NCBI GenBank assembly: GCA_951406725.2
Contig: OX597827.1
Location: 16,740,001-16,804,000, forward strand
DNA: 64,000 bases
Direction of reading: 5' to 3'
From: Octopus vulgaris
Lineage: Eukaryota
The notes under the pieces were generated by a model. It did no database searches, was not told the origin of the DNA, and saw only the letters and a program-made list of their open reading frames with translations. Below, in pieces: positions 1 to 11,951 of the stretch. How positions within the stretch are numbered: position 1 is the stretch's first letter; every line of letters begins with the position of its first letter. The position numbers and the translations under genes are program-made.

Positions 1-351
1 CGACTTAGCTACTGATATTTATACACAACCGAAGTCTCGGTCCTACTTAATCATATCCTGACTGTGAAGAAAGAATACCATTCTTCTTGTCTTCTTTCAA
101 AGGGATACAAATTTTAAACTTGCACGCATACTCCTGGGTTCGTGGCCTATGAATTACAAACTGGTTGAACTAGCAATTTCATTCGAGATATAAACACATT
201 CAACATACAAAATACAAGCGAAAATTCAAGCCAATTACCTTATATGAACTTCAGTTCTGCACCTCTTCATGAAAACATGGTCGTCTGACATATTTATTTT
301 TGCGAAAATTTCTTTATTTGTGAGTTACCGTCCTTTTTACCAGCCTCACAT

Positions 352-686
352 GTTATGTTAGAGCACTCCGTCGGTTACGACGACGAGGGCCCCAGCTGAT
401 ACGATCAACGGAACAGCTTGCTCGTGAAATTAGCGTGCAAGTGGTTGAGCACTCCACAGACACGTGTACCCTTAACGTAGTTCGTAAGGAGATTCAGCGT
501 GACACAGAATGTGACGAGGCTGGCCCTTTGAAATACAGGTACAACTCATTTTTGCCAGCTGAGTGGACTGGAGCAACGTGAAATAAAGTGTCTTGCTCAA
601 GGACACAACGTGCCGCCGGGAAACGAATTCACAACCTTACGATCATGAGCCGAATGCCCCTAACCACTAAACCACGCGCCCTCACT
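352..686 (-). mobile_element. tRNA-derived SINE, group B variant with CORE-like domain
   Basis: Minus-strand head GTGAGGGCGCGTGGTTTAGTGG (A-box-like), CCTTGAGCAAGACACTT CORE-like motif, tail ...GTCGTAACCGACGGAGTGC shared with 7325/9101/58663 copies; TSD CAGCCTCACAT at 341-351 and 687-697. Confidence 0.85.
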
Positions 687-726
687 CAGCCTCACATAAC
701 CTGCATTAACCAGTGGAATATTGCAA

Positions 727-992
727 TGCTGATGCCATATTGGGGACGTAAAGAAACCAACACCGGGACAAATACAGACACATTGGCACACACACACACA
801 CACACACACACACTTAAAAGTATACATAAAGAGGTGCTTATTTCAGTTTCTGTCTACTAAATCCACTCACAAGGCTTTGGTAGGCCCGATGCTATAGTAG
901 AAGACACTTACCCAAGGTGCCACGCAGTGGAACTGAACCCGGACACATATGGTTGGGAAGCAAGCTCTTACAACACAACCACTCCTGTGCCT
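727..992 (-). mobile_element. Degenerate group A SINE (CORE-like, internal microsatellite)
   Basis: Matches repeated head GGCACCTTGGG(C/T)AAGTGTCTTCTACTATAG...GTGAGTGGATTT; (CA)n inside. Confidence 0.8.
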
Positions 993-1209
993 ATGACAAA
1001 GAGGAATAACAGTAGCACTGTGTCGAGCAACAATTCCTCGTGGTATTTGGATACAAATCCACCTAAGTTTTAATTATGATCTTCTACACGAAGATCAACG
1101 TCGATGTTACATAAAGATCAAAGGCCCGTGACTCATTTCTCCTTTAATATAGATGGCGATGCCTTAGCTCGGTTGCATTCTAATGGCAGAAACTATCACT
1201 GAAAAAAAA

Positions 1210-1697
1210 AGTATTGTAATATAGTAACAGCAGAACTCGAAGCAATTCAACGAAGCTACACTAAGAAGATCGTCTCAATGCAACATATCAGCTACTGGGA
1301 AAGACTGAAAGTATTAAAACTCTTCTCCCTGGAGCGAAGGCAGGAGAGATATGCAGTGATATACATCTGGAAAATCATGGAGGGTCTTGTCCCAAATTTT
1401 GGCATTCAAAGTTACACCAACATCACCATCAAAATACAGAACCAGATACTGCAACAACTTGGGTTTCAGAGGACCACAGCTCTTCAGTATCTTTCCTAAA
1501 TGCCTGAGAGACCTGCATGGTGTGGATGTGGGTTTCTTTAAAACTAAACTGGATCTCTTCTTGTCGGCAGGAAACACAGATGCTGGCAGCGGCATCGAAC
1601 TCCCTTGTTGATCAAGTGCCATGTATCAGAGGTGGTTTCACTTACTAGTGTAGCTCATTCAACTGTGGTGCCCCAGCATGGCCGCAGCCACGAAACA
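1210..1697 (+). mobile_element. 3' remnant of CR1/L2-group LINE (ORF2 C-terminus plus 3' UTR)
   Basis: Peptide LEAIQRSYTKKI...ISYWERLKVLKLFSLERRQERY..IYIWKI typical of CR1/L2/Jockey-group ORF2 ends; finishes with GGTGCCCCAGCATGGCCGCAG...GAAAC. Confidence 0.8.
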
Positions 1698-1801
1698 TTT
1701 TTGAGGATTTTAAGGATTTTTACTGTGAATGTAGCTATTTACAGCATTTATATATATATTATAATCATTTCGTTTTAGTTTTGATATTATAACATTACAA
1801 A

Positions 1802-1990
1802 AGCAGCGAGCTGGCAGAATCGAAAAATGCCAAAAGAATGCTTAGCGGCATTTCGTCCGCCTTTTCATTCTGAGTTTTGCCTTTCACCCTTTCGGGGTCG
1901 TTAAAATAATTACCAGTTGAGTATTGGGGTCGATGTGATCGACTTAACCCTCTCTCAAAATTTCAGGCCTTGCGACTCTATTACGAAGGA
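1802..1990 (+). mobile_element. Group C SINE (Meta-domain-like), degenerate
   Basis: GCGAGCTGGCAGAA head; GCCTTTCAyCCTTTCGGGGTCG...TACCAG central motif repeated many times in the window. Confidence 0.8.
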
Positions 1991-2091
1991 TATTATAAAT
2001 ATTATTAACCAATCAGGTCCCAGATCGTTCATGTACAATAATGGCTTTGATACTTAATATGTAAAATTAAATAGATTTCAGATTTCTGGTT

Positions 2092-2204
<113 letters not shown>

Positions 2205-2575
2205 TACTCTTTTATTCTTTTACTTGTTTCAGTCATTTGACTGCGGCCATGCTGGAGCATCACCTTTAGTCGAGCAAATCGACCCCGGAACTTATTCTTT
2301 GTAAGCCCAGTACTGATTCTATCGGTCTCTTTTTGCCGAACCGCTAAGTGACGGGGACGTAAACACACCAGCATCGGTTGTCAAGCAATGCTAGGGGGAC
2401 AAACACAGACACACAAACATATACACACACATACATATATATATATACATATATACGACGGGCTTCTTTCAGTTTCCGTCTACCAAATCCACTCACAAGG
2501 CTTTGGTCGGCCCGAGGCTATAGTAGAAGACACTTGCCCAAGATGCCACGCAGTGGGACTGAACCCGGAACCATG
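2205..2575 (-). mobile_element. Group A SINE, head truncated
   Basis: Tail (GTAAAAGA)n, body ending GGCGGTGCTCCAGCATGGCCGCAG-like motif, CORE-like motif; stops at a (TA)n tract. Confidence 0.9.
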
Positions 2576-2588
2576 TATATATATATAT

Positions 2589-2946
2589 ATATACAACTTA
2601 TAAATAGGGGCAAACAAAAAAATTTCTAATGCCAAATATGCCGAAATTAGACACCCTGTCCATAACCATATAATTTTTCCACAATACGCACGCTACTCAA
2701 AAAAAGGTCGACAGAAATCTCTAAAAAATTCCATTATTACCATATCGGACCGATTTCAGGGTTAGTTCGTAAGAACCCTCCCTTCGTCCGATATGGTAAT
2801 AATGGTATTTTTTAGAGATTTCTATCGACCTTTTTTCGAGTAGCGTGCGTATTGTAAAAAATTATATGGTTATGGACAGGGTGTCTAATTTCAGCATATT
2901 TGGCATTAGAAATTTTTTTGTTTGCCCCTATTTATAAGTTGTATAT
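2589..2946. repeat. Fold-back element with ~160-bp arms and a 35-nt loop containing a hammerhead-like core
   Basis: 2589-2750 is the near-perfect reverse complement of 2786-2946; loop on the minus strand reads GACGA-AGGG...CCCT-GAAA-TCGG-TC. Confidence 0.9.
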
Positions 2947-3031
2947 AAATTTAACCTTTAAAGGTATTTTTTAATATGCTGGCCATTGATAAAATTTGTT
3001 TTCCAAAAAATTTTATCCTACATTAAATATA

Positions 3032-3112
<81 letters not shown>

Positions 3113-3604
3113 TATATACATTTATACATATATAGATGTTTATTTATATATGTATATAAGATCTATCTATCGATCTACCTATTTATTTATATATAAGATA
3201 AATAGTGACGTGTATTCTTATTGACAAGATTAATAATGGTAGTGGTGGGAGGTAGCAGTAACTGATAATGATGACGGAACATTGCTGTAAGCTGTTTAGG
3301 AAGAGAGCGAAAGAGAATTAAATTAAAGCCAGTTAACGTAATTACAAACACACACACACATACACTGCGATCTATATTCATATGTGCGTAAGAAGGTGTT
3401 CGATTATTATGTTTAAATTTTAGATTGGACCACAATGAAGCAACTGACAGTTTTATAACTCATGTTATCTCTCTCCCCCCCTCTCTCTCTCTCTCTCTCT
3501 CTCGCAAACGCACACACACACAAATAATATATATATATATATACAATATATATATATATTTTTAATATATATATATATACAATATATACATATATATATA
3601 TATA

Positions 3605-3702
<98 letters not shown>

Positions 3703-3717
3703 GCATATATATATACA

Positions 3718-3768
<51 letters not shown>

Positions 3769-4109
3769 GGCATAATTTTTGAAGCAGCTGTGCCTGATCG
3801 GGAACCAGAAGCAATATATATTTACATAAATTTCTAGTAGTATTTCAAATCGTAAATCTTCAGTATCAAAATGTATGAATAATGTTCCCTTGCGGTGACA
3901 ATGTATTCACGCACGCACACACACACACACATACACACACACACGCACGCACACACGTACACACACACATACACACATACGAGTATACGTGTGTACGCAC
4001 ATAAGATGATACATACATTTTCTCTCCCCCCCCCTCTCTAACTCGATATATATATACGTATATATATATGTATGTATGTATGTATGTGTACATATATATG
4101 TACATTTGT

Positions 4110-4930
4110 TCGGGGTGCGATGGGTAAATTGTCGCCATTTTATAGTTTGAATTTCGCGCATGTGCATTCCTTGCTTTTGATGTTGTAGACTACACAGTAT
4201 AGTAGAGTCAGTTGGGCACCGTCTGTGAGAAAAACAGCCCCACGGCGCAATTCACTCTGTCAGAAATTTGGAAGCGACATGCTGTACTGCTTAACATTCG
4301 CGCCGGAAGCTCCAATGCGAACATGTAGCAATACGAACATGTGCCGAGAATGATAAAAATCAAACGTCCTGTCAACATCATGGTGTTTGGAGTGATCACT
4401 AGTGATGGCGATGTTATGCCTCCATTCATTTTCCTGCACGGCCTCACGCTCAACACGGTGACTTACATCAAGTGGTAGTACTGTCCTGGGTCAAGAGAGT
4501 GGCTGCTGGAAGACCTCATGTCTGGTAACAGGACTCTGCATTATGCCACACCAGCAGGAGAACCCAGTCAACTTCTGTCAGACAATTTATGCAACCTTAT
4601 AACCCCTAACATCTGGCTACCTTATTCCCCAGACTGCTTGATTATTATGTGTGGGGTGCGGGTGAGCGAGAGACCAACAAAACTCCTTGTAACACCAAAG
4701 ATGATCTGAAGGCAAGGATTATGGCAGCATTCACCAACTTAATCCAGGAGACCGCCCAGAAGAGTTGCAGGAAATTGCGAAGTCGTCTGGAGGACTTGGT
4801 TGAAGTCAATGGCAGTTTTATGGAATAAGTTTACTCTTTAGTATTTCAAGGTATTTTTTGGTAAATATATCTGTTGAAATGAGATGTCCGTGTTATTTTC
4901 ATTTTTGCGTAATTTAGACAACAGTTTATA
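4110..4930 (+). mobile_element. Degenerate Tc1/mariner transposase remnant (maT/DD37D-like)
   Basis: Frameshifted peptide NIMVFGVITSDGDVMPPFIF...QDSALCHT...NIWLPYSPDC..DYYVWG...NKTPCNTKDDLKARI. Confidence 0.8.
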
Positions 4931-5059
4931 TATACTTATTTTCGTTTGCACACACACACACACACACACACGTATGTGCATATATTTGTATTTATGTATG
5001 TATGCATGTATGTATGTATGTATGTATGTATGTATGTATGTATGTATGTATGTATGTAT

Positions 5060-5107
<48 letters not shown>

Positions 5108-5192
5108 TTGATATATATATATAAGAATTTTTTGCGTAATTAGATAAAAAAAACCAAAGCTGTATAGATATTAGAGCATTTATAGATAGAAG

Positions 5193-5244
5193 GCCTTACA
5201 GCTGTTTCTAGGATATTAATTAATAATATCCCTTCATCGGAGAC
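5193..5244 (-). ncRNA. Type-I minimal hammerhead ribozyme motif (CCGAUGA core) in a TA-flanked element (~5150-5452)
   Basis: Minus strand: GTCT-CCGATGA-AGGGATATT(ATTAATT)AATATCCTA-GAAA-CAGCTG-TA-AGGC; stems I, II and palindromic III all pair. Confidence 0.7.
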
Positions 5245-5514
5245 GGTGTGAGAGGAAAGTTAAGTCATAGTTAGTTTCGATGTGATACAAATAGAGATTG
5301 AGGTGGAGGAAAGAAAATAGCTGTAAGGTATGTATGGGTATTGAAGTTGTAAATCCGCTTTATAGGCATAATGGTATATATGCAATATTCCAATATCCTT
5401 TGAGTAAAATCCAAAAGTGCTACAGAGTTTAATATGTGTCCTTCCAAATACAATTATATATATATATATATATATATAGGTCTCTTTCTTTCTTTTGTTA
5501 TCTTACCGTTTTAT

Positions 5515-5571
<57 letters not shown>

Positions 5572-5574
<3 letters not shown>

Positions 5575-5763
5575 ACCAACTTCACTGCAGGAGGTGCAGA
5601 TGAGGGCAGCTGCATCAAACTCTCTCATGCACCAAATGTCAATTGCTAAAAAGCATTCGTGAAGTAAAATCATGTAGCAACACCAAATGGCGGTGCCCCA
5701 GTATGGCCACAGATCGTGAGCTGGAACTAGATAAAATGATAAAATGATAAAATGAAAATGAAA
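5572..5763 (+). mobile_element. 3' end of CR1/L2-group LINE with (GATAAAAT)n tail
   Basis: GGCGGTGCCCCAGTATGGCCACAG...AACTAG followed by short tandem tail; related to 1210-1697 and 25252-25329. Confidence 0.7.
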
Positions 5764-6852
5764 TATATATATATAATTGTATATGCTTGTACATTACACA
5801 TCCATACATATTTAAATATATTAATACATTTCCATTAAGAAATATATTATATAACTTCGTAATATTTCACGATTTAGTTCAGTTTTACTGTGTAATAAAT
5901 GTCATTGGAATTTAACGGCCACGCGATCTGAGTGCAATCCACTTTGCTTGGCTGGTGAAATTTAATTGTCTCCAGTTTAATTGAAATAAACTAATCAGTG
6001 TACAGTAATCTGCATATAGATTTACGTTCTCAATCGCCAGCGTATGAATTAGTCGAACGAATTAGTTCGTTCCACACAGATTTCAGTAGGCCATGGTGCA
6101 TGCTACATTGGTGACCTCGACGTGATTTTTTGTCATGTGCGTCCTCTACTACCGATTTCTACCTCAGTCAATTCTCTTCGGTTTGCCTTCAGCAGGGTAT
6201 CCGAGGGGATCGAAACGATGAGCATTTTTGTTCAGGATTTGGATGATTAGTATATATATACTTCCTCTTGATTAGCAAACACCTTACAAACATGACTGGC
6301 AATTGCTTTTCTATGTCAACGGTAAGGCTTCCTTTCTGTCAGTTTCCGTATTAATTTCTATGTTTCCTGGAAATAGGGGGACAAGTTGCAATCTGGAATC
6401 TTATACAAAAACATATGAAATTTGAGTATATTACAACAAACGTTACACTTGAGACCAGAAAAATATATCAGTTTTGCACAGAAAGATACCCCATATGAGT
6501 CTCTGAAAAACTTATTATTTTCATATACATTCAACTGATTAGACGGTTGGAAAAAGAAAAAAAATCCTAACATCGGACTACAACAAATAACCTTAGATGT
6601 CAAGAACCCTCCTAAGTATCCTAGTTGTCCTTGTTTTCTGGAGCAGTATTAAATTGAGTTTTATGCTTAATTCCTCTATCCATCTGTTCAGATCTTTAGG
6701 GATGGTTCCCAATGCATCTATAACTACTGGGATACATTTTGCCAACACTTTTCATAGTCTCTGTAATTCAATAGCTAAGTCTAATACTCCTAGGTACTTA
6801 TAACTCTTTCCTTCTTTCAATGATCTTAATGCCTGGACATCAAGTAATTGGA

Positions 6853-6917
6853 TACTCTTTTACTCTTTTACTTGTTTCAGTCATTTGACTGCGGCCATGC
6901 TGGAGCACCGCCTTTAG
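6853..6917 (-). mobile_element. 3' tail of group A SINE fused to tRNA-iMet
   Basis: CTAAAGGCGGTGCTCCAGCATGGCCGCAGTCAAATGACTGAAACAA(GTAAAAGA)2 identical to group A tails. Confidence 0.85.
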
Positions 6918-6930
6918 CACAAAGTCCACT

Positions 6931-7002
6931 TAGTAGAGCGTAGTTTCGATCTACGGACCTCTGGGTTATGGGCCCAGCACGTTTCCATTGCGCCACTCTG
7001 CT
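6931..7002 (-). tRNA. Initiator tRNA-Met(CAT) copy, probably a retro-pseudogene
   Basis: 72 nt AGCAGAGTGGCGCAATGGAAACGTGCTGGGCCCATAACCCAGAGGTCCGTAGATCGAAACTACGCTCTACTA; A1:U72 pair, GGG/CCC anticodon stem, ATCGAAA T-loop; C3-A70 mismatch. Confidence 0.9.
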
Positions 7003-7324
7003 AACTACGCTGCCTATGCTGTTGACTACTTGTCCCCTTTTTCTTTTTCATGACTAATATTGCACACGTATCTATGCCAAATTCCACGCCTATATCTTTG
7101 CTGAAGACCCTTACAGTCTGTATTAAGGAATCTATCACTTTTTCATTCTTACTGAAAAGCTTCAGGTCATCCATAGTTGAGCAAATAGTTGCGTTTTTGC
7201 TTACTATTTCTGAACTGATACTCTGTCTTTGCCTTTCTTAATAATAAATTGTTGGGAATTAAACATAAGACAAATATTAAAGAGGATAACGAGTCCTCCT
7301 GGAAAATTCCTCTTCTGATATTAA

Positions 7325-7711
7325 AAAAGAAGCACTCCGTCGGTTACGACGACGAGGGTTCCGGCTGATCCGATCAACGGAACAGCCTGCTCCTGAAATT
7401 AACGTGTAAGTGGCTGAGCACTCCACAGACACGTGCACCCTTAACGTAGTTCTCGGGGATATTCAGCGTGACACAGGGAGTGACAAGGCCGGCCCTTTGA
7501 AATACAGGTACAACAGAAAAAGGAAGTAAGAGTGAGAGAAAGTTGTGGTGAAAGAGTACAGCAGGGATCACCACCATCCCCTGCCGGAGCCTCGTGGAGC
7601 TTTTAGGTGTTTTCGCTCAATAAACACTCACAACGCCCGGTCTGGGAATCGAAACCGCGATCCTACGACCGCGAGTCCGCTGCCCTAACCACTGGGCCAT
7701 TGCGCCTCCAC
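7325..7711 (-). mobile_element. Full-length group B SINE (tRNA-Arg-like head)
   Basis: Head GTGGAGGCGCAATGGCCCAGTGG..GACTCGCGG..GGTTTCGATTCCC; TSD TCTGATATTAA at 7314-7324 and 7712-7722. Confidence 0.92.
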
Positions 7712-8344
7712 TCTGATATTAACTCTCCTTAACAGTGTGTCACCGGAGTAGAGATCAATTTCGTCATGCTACAGCTAATTAATTCTCTTATATTGTCTGC
7801 TATACTGAACATACTCAAACATTCTCTTATCCATGAATGTAGGATCATTTCATAGGCTTTCCTATAATCTATCCATGCTTTTGATAGACTTTTCTTTCTA
7901 GTTTTCACTTCATTTAGAAATGCTTTGTCTATGTATAATTGATCATGCGTTCCTCTAGCTTTCTTCCTGCAATCTTTCTGTTCTTCGGGCAGTAACTTCT
8001 GGTTGTCAAGGTGCTCACAAATGCTTTCTGAAAGCATTCCTGTTAACAGCCTCCTCACTAATGGTAAGCAAGTGATTGGTCTGCAGTTGCTAGCTGTATT
8101 ACTCTTGCTCTTATATTTCATGATGAGTATTGTCATCCAATCTGCAACTATTCCCTCATTAAGGTAATCTTGAAGTTGTTCCCTCAGCCTCCTATGTAAA
8201 ATACTAAATTCTTTTTAGCCAATACCCTTGTACTAAATCTGGTCCTGGGCCCTTCCAATTCGGCATTTTTCCTAACACTTTACTCATTAATGCACTAGTT
8301 AATCTTAGATCTGGCTGCTTTTCACTCAGTTCTATTTCACATTC

Positions 8345-8577
8345 TTATTTCTTTATTGCCCACAAGGGGCTAAACATAGAGGGAACAAACAAGGACAGAC
8401 AAAGGGATGAAGTCGATTACATCGACCCCAGTGCGTAACTGGTACTTAATTTATCGACCCCGAAAGGATGAAAGGCAAAGTCGACCTCGGCGGAATTTGA
8501 ACTAAGAACGTAACGGCAGACGAAATACTGTTCAGCATTTCGCCCGTCGCGCTAATGTTTCTGCCAGATCGCCGCCC
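8345..8577 (-). mobile_element. Group C (Meta-like) SINE
   Basis: Matches consensus of the 34503-34738 copy. Confidence 0.9.
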
Positions 8578-8629
8578 TTCCGACGTCTCTTTATAGTTAA
8601 GGTTTGGGCTTAAACTCAGCTACCATTAT

Positions 8630-9060
8630 ATTGAAAGTCCTAAGATCTGCAACTACACAATCATTTCTATAAACCCTGCTAACATTTTCACATAGACACT
8701 GTATTGATAGCTCACCTCCATCTTCGAAACGACATCGCTATTTATTCAACGTCAACGATCAATTCACAAGTTGGGCCGAATCTATTCCCATGCTATATAT
8801 GACCGCTGAATACTCGCATCATCACTTCTGATCGCTTGGATTTCTCGCCTTTTAGTACTGTCAGCTATAATTATAAATCTTAGCAATAAATATGAATGTA
8901 CACGTCCGCTTTGATTAGTCACATTCTTAAAGTGTAAAGGCACGAGACGAGAACAAGAGCTTGGGAAGCCGCTGAATATTTTGTGTGTTTTCACTGCTAG
9001 CTAAAATCAAATCTCAAAGCTTATCGTGACGCTATTAAGAGAATAGGCCTACCATCAATA
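8630..9060 (+). mobile_element. Highly degenerate Gypsy-type integrase remnant
   Basis: Frameshifted FSH.H.ID..PPSSKRHRYLFNVNDQFTSWAESIPM..MTAE...AWISR resembles the Gypsy integrase core (GPLPxSxGxRYLLTxxDxFTRWxEAIP). Confidence 0.6.
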
Positions 9061-9083
9061 ATTATGTTGGTAAGTCGCATAAT

Positions 9084-9690
9084 CTGTTGTGTCTGGGGAT
9101 GTGGAGGCGCAATGGCCCAGTGGTTAGGGCAGCGGACTCGCGGTCATAGGATCGCGGTTTCGATTCCCAGACCGGGCGTTGTGAGTGTTTATTGAGCGAA
9201 AACACCTAAAGCACCACGAGGCTCCGGCAGGGGATGGTGGTGATCCCTGCTGTACTCTTTCACCACAACTTTCTCTCACTCTTACTTCCTGTTTCTGTTG
9301 TACCTGTATTTCAAAGGGCCGGCCTTGTCACTCTCTGTGTCACGCTGAATATGCCTGAGAACTACGTTAAGGGTACACGTGTCTGTGGAGTGCTCAGCCA
9401 CTTACACGTTAATTTCACGAGCAGGCTGTTCCGTTGATTCGGATCAACCGGAACCCTCGTCGTCGCAACCGACGGAGTGCTTCCTCTCTGTGTCTGGGGA
9501 GAGTCATTTTCTTTTTGTGCCTTATTATTTAACACACGCACCGGTAAAATTTCCACTTATTTCTTATTTCTATTTTCTAAAATTTTCGTTGCGTGTTGCA
9601 ACCTTTTCAATAGTTTTGACTCTATAGTTTTCAGTAATAGTTTTCAATAATAAGGCACAAAAAGAAAATGACTCTCCCCAGACACAACAG
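9084..9690. repeat. Partly deleted fold-back element interrupted by a SINE
   Basis: CTGTTGTGTCTGGGGA|GAGTCATTTTCTTTTTGTGCCTTATTATT is inverted at 9646-9690. Confidence 0.75.
9101..9485 (+). mobile_element. Full-length group B SINE
   Basis: Near-identical to 7325-7711; TSD TGTGTCTGGGGA at 9088-9099 and 9490-9501. Confidence 0.92.
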
Positions 9691-10137
9691 AATATGCTTC
9701 AACACACGAACTTACATAGCTTATATGAGAACTTAATGGGTACCTACATGCGAGCTTCTTTGCGAGACTTACCTTTTACGTATCCGTTTAAGGCCAGGAG
9801 AAAATTTTTTTATGTCTGGCAACACGGACAACGATATTAGGCAGGTAAACTACACATCTCGACAATTGGAAGAAGCATCAACAGCGTACCTTTATAACCA
9901 TAAAACAACTTAACAAAATTTCTACTTGGATGATGACCTGGTAAACTTCATCCGTGTTTTGTTTGATGACGTGATGCTGTTTACCCACTTCTACAATGTG
10001 AATACTACCCACACGAAGTAATCAAGCGTATAAAGAAACAGTTCATTCGACTTCCATAAACATCAAAATAAAAAAAATTATTAGATTTGATTAAAGTTAG
10101 AGAACAGAAAGAAAGTCAGAATCCAACTGCTCCACAG

Positions 10138-10198
10138 ATGCAAACACATCAACATCGGTTGTCAAGCGATGTTGGGGAGACAAGCACAGACATATAAA

Positions 10199-10263
<65 letters not shown>

Positions 10264-10444
10264 TTTATTCAACAAAACCTGTTACTCTGATTCTAGCAAA
10301 AACTGTCCGACGAGCGGGAACGTGAAACTCAGAGTAACAGGTTTTGTTGAATTTTCTGCTGCTTTTGAATAAAATCATATTACTCTACCACTGGTATTTG
10401 AGTACACTTTTTTCCACCTTGTTTCACATTTATGTGTTTACTCC

Positions 10445-10485
<41 letters not shown>

Positions 10486-10650
10486 ACGACGGGCTTCTTT
10501 GAGATTCCGTCTACCAAATCCACTCACAAAGCTTTGGTTGGCCCGAGGCTATAGTAGAAGACACTTGCCCAAGGTGCCACGCAGTGGGACTGAACCCGGA
10601 ACCATGTGGTTGGTAAGCAAGCGACTTACCACACAGCCACTCCAACGCCA
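10138..10650 (-). mobile_element. Group A SINE with a hammerhead element nested in its (TA)n
   Basis: Body 10138-10200 and head 10485-10650 are separated by TA tracts and the insert 10261-10447. Confidence 0.8.
10298..10345 (+). ncRNA. Type-I minimal hammerhead ribozyme motif (CCGACGA core)
   Basis: AAAAACTGT-CCGACGA-GCG(GGAA)CGT-GAAA-CTC(A)GAG-TA-ACAGGTTTT; predicted cleavage after 10336. Confidence 0.72.
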
Positions 10651-10974
10651 TATATGTATATATATATGCATATATACATACATATTCATGTATATGCATG
10701 CACTTACATATATACTCATGGCATGCACACATGTAATAATACAGGATTTATGATTATCCCAAACAAGACTTTATGTAAACTTAACAAGATATTCTGTAAA
10801 ATTCAAGCAACCGTGATAAATGAAGCAAAATACGAAAACATTAAATAAAATTAATAGAAATCGTTACCGCGAACATTATCATCGTTATCGACAAAAATAA
10901 TAACAATCTCAATAATTAAAATAACAGCTACAAATCTCTATCAACGCCCTCACATCAATTCCATCACCGTCCGT

Positions 10975-11027
10975 AGTGGGTAGTAGGATTAGTAGCAGTA
11001 GTGATAATAGTGGTAGTAGTGGTAGTA

Positions 11028-11101
<74 letters not shown>

Positions 11102-11238
11102 AATAATGATAATAATAGTTATTATTATCATTATTATTAGAACGGTTAGGCAATGAAAGTATAATTAGAAGGGGAGTAGGGGAAACACCACCACTACTAC
11201 CACTACCACGACGATGACGACGACCACCACCACCACTA

Positions 11239-11270
<32 letters not shown>

Positions 11271-11303
11271 CACGACGACCACCACGACCACCACTAACTG
11301 CTG

Positions 11304-11346
<43 letters not shown>

Positions 11347-11365
11347 CACGACGACGACGACTACC

Positions 11366-11400
<35 letters not shown>

Positions 11401-11426
11401 CACGACGACGACCACCACCACCACTA

Positions 11427-11461
<35 letters not shown>

Positions 11462-11515
11462 CACGACGACGACGACGACTACCACCACAACCACCACCAC
11501 CACCACCACCACCAA

Positions 11516-11566
<51 letters not shown>

Positions 11567-11628
11567 CACGACGACGACGACGACTACCACCACAACCACC
11601 ACCACCACCACCACCACCACCACCACTA

Positions 11629-11660
<32 letters not shown>

Positions 11661-11731
11661 CACGACGACGACGACGACTACCACCACAACCACCACCACC
11701 ACTAACTACTACTACTACTACTACTACTACA

Positions 11732-11784
<53 letters not shown>

Positions 11785-11824
11785 CACGACGACGACGACA
11801 CCACGACGACCACCACCACCACTA

Positions 11825-11880
<56 letters not shown>

Positions 11881-11906
11881 GACGACGACGACGACGACGA
11901 CGACGA

Positions 11907-11951
<45 letters not shown>

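Larger units (their letters stand above)
6590..8335 (-). mobile_element. Fragmented R4/Dong-like non-LTR retrotransposon (RT and REL endonuclease end)
   Basis: MPNWKGPGPD..QGYWLK; NCRPITCLP; EEQKDCRK..RGTHDQL; AWIDYRKAY; GIFQEDSLS; MDDLKLF..DIGVEFG; C-terminal PVVIDALGTIPK...ILRRVL. Interrupted by a SINE and a tRNA chimera. Confidence 0.85.

Noticed and set aside
3413-3837. YIYI, VVVV, LLLL, YLSI and MYVC-type ORFs here and throughout
   Set aside because: Translations of microsatellites with no coding signal.
6193-6321. Possible exon (acceptor TTGCCTTCAG, donor GTAAGG) and a partial GAAAC hairpin
   Set aside because: Stops in the plausible frames, no recognisable protein and no CUGANGA box.
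9101-9175. tRNA-Arg gene
   Set aside because: tRNA-like SINE head continuous with a multi-copy body and TSDs.
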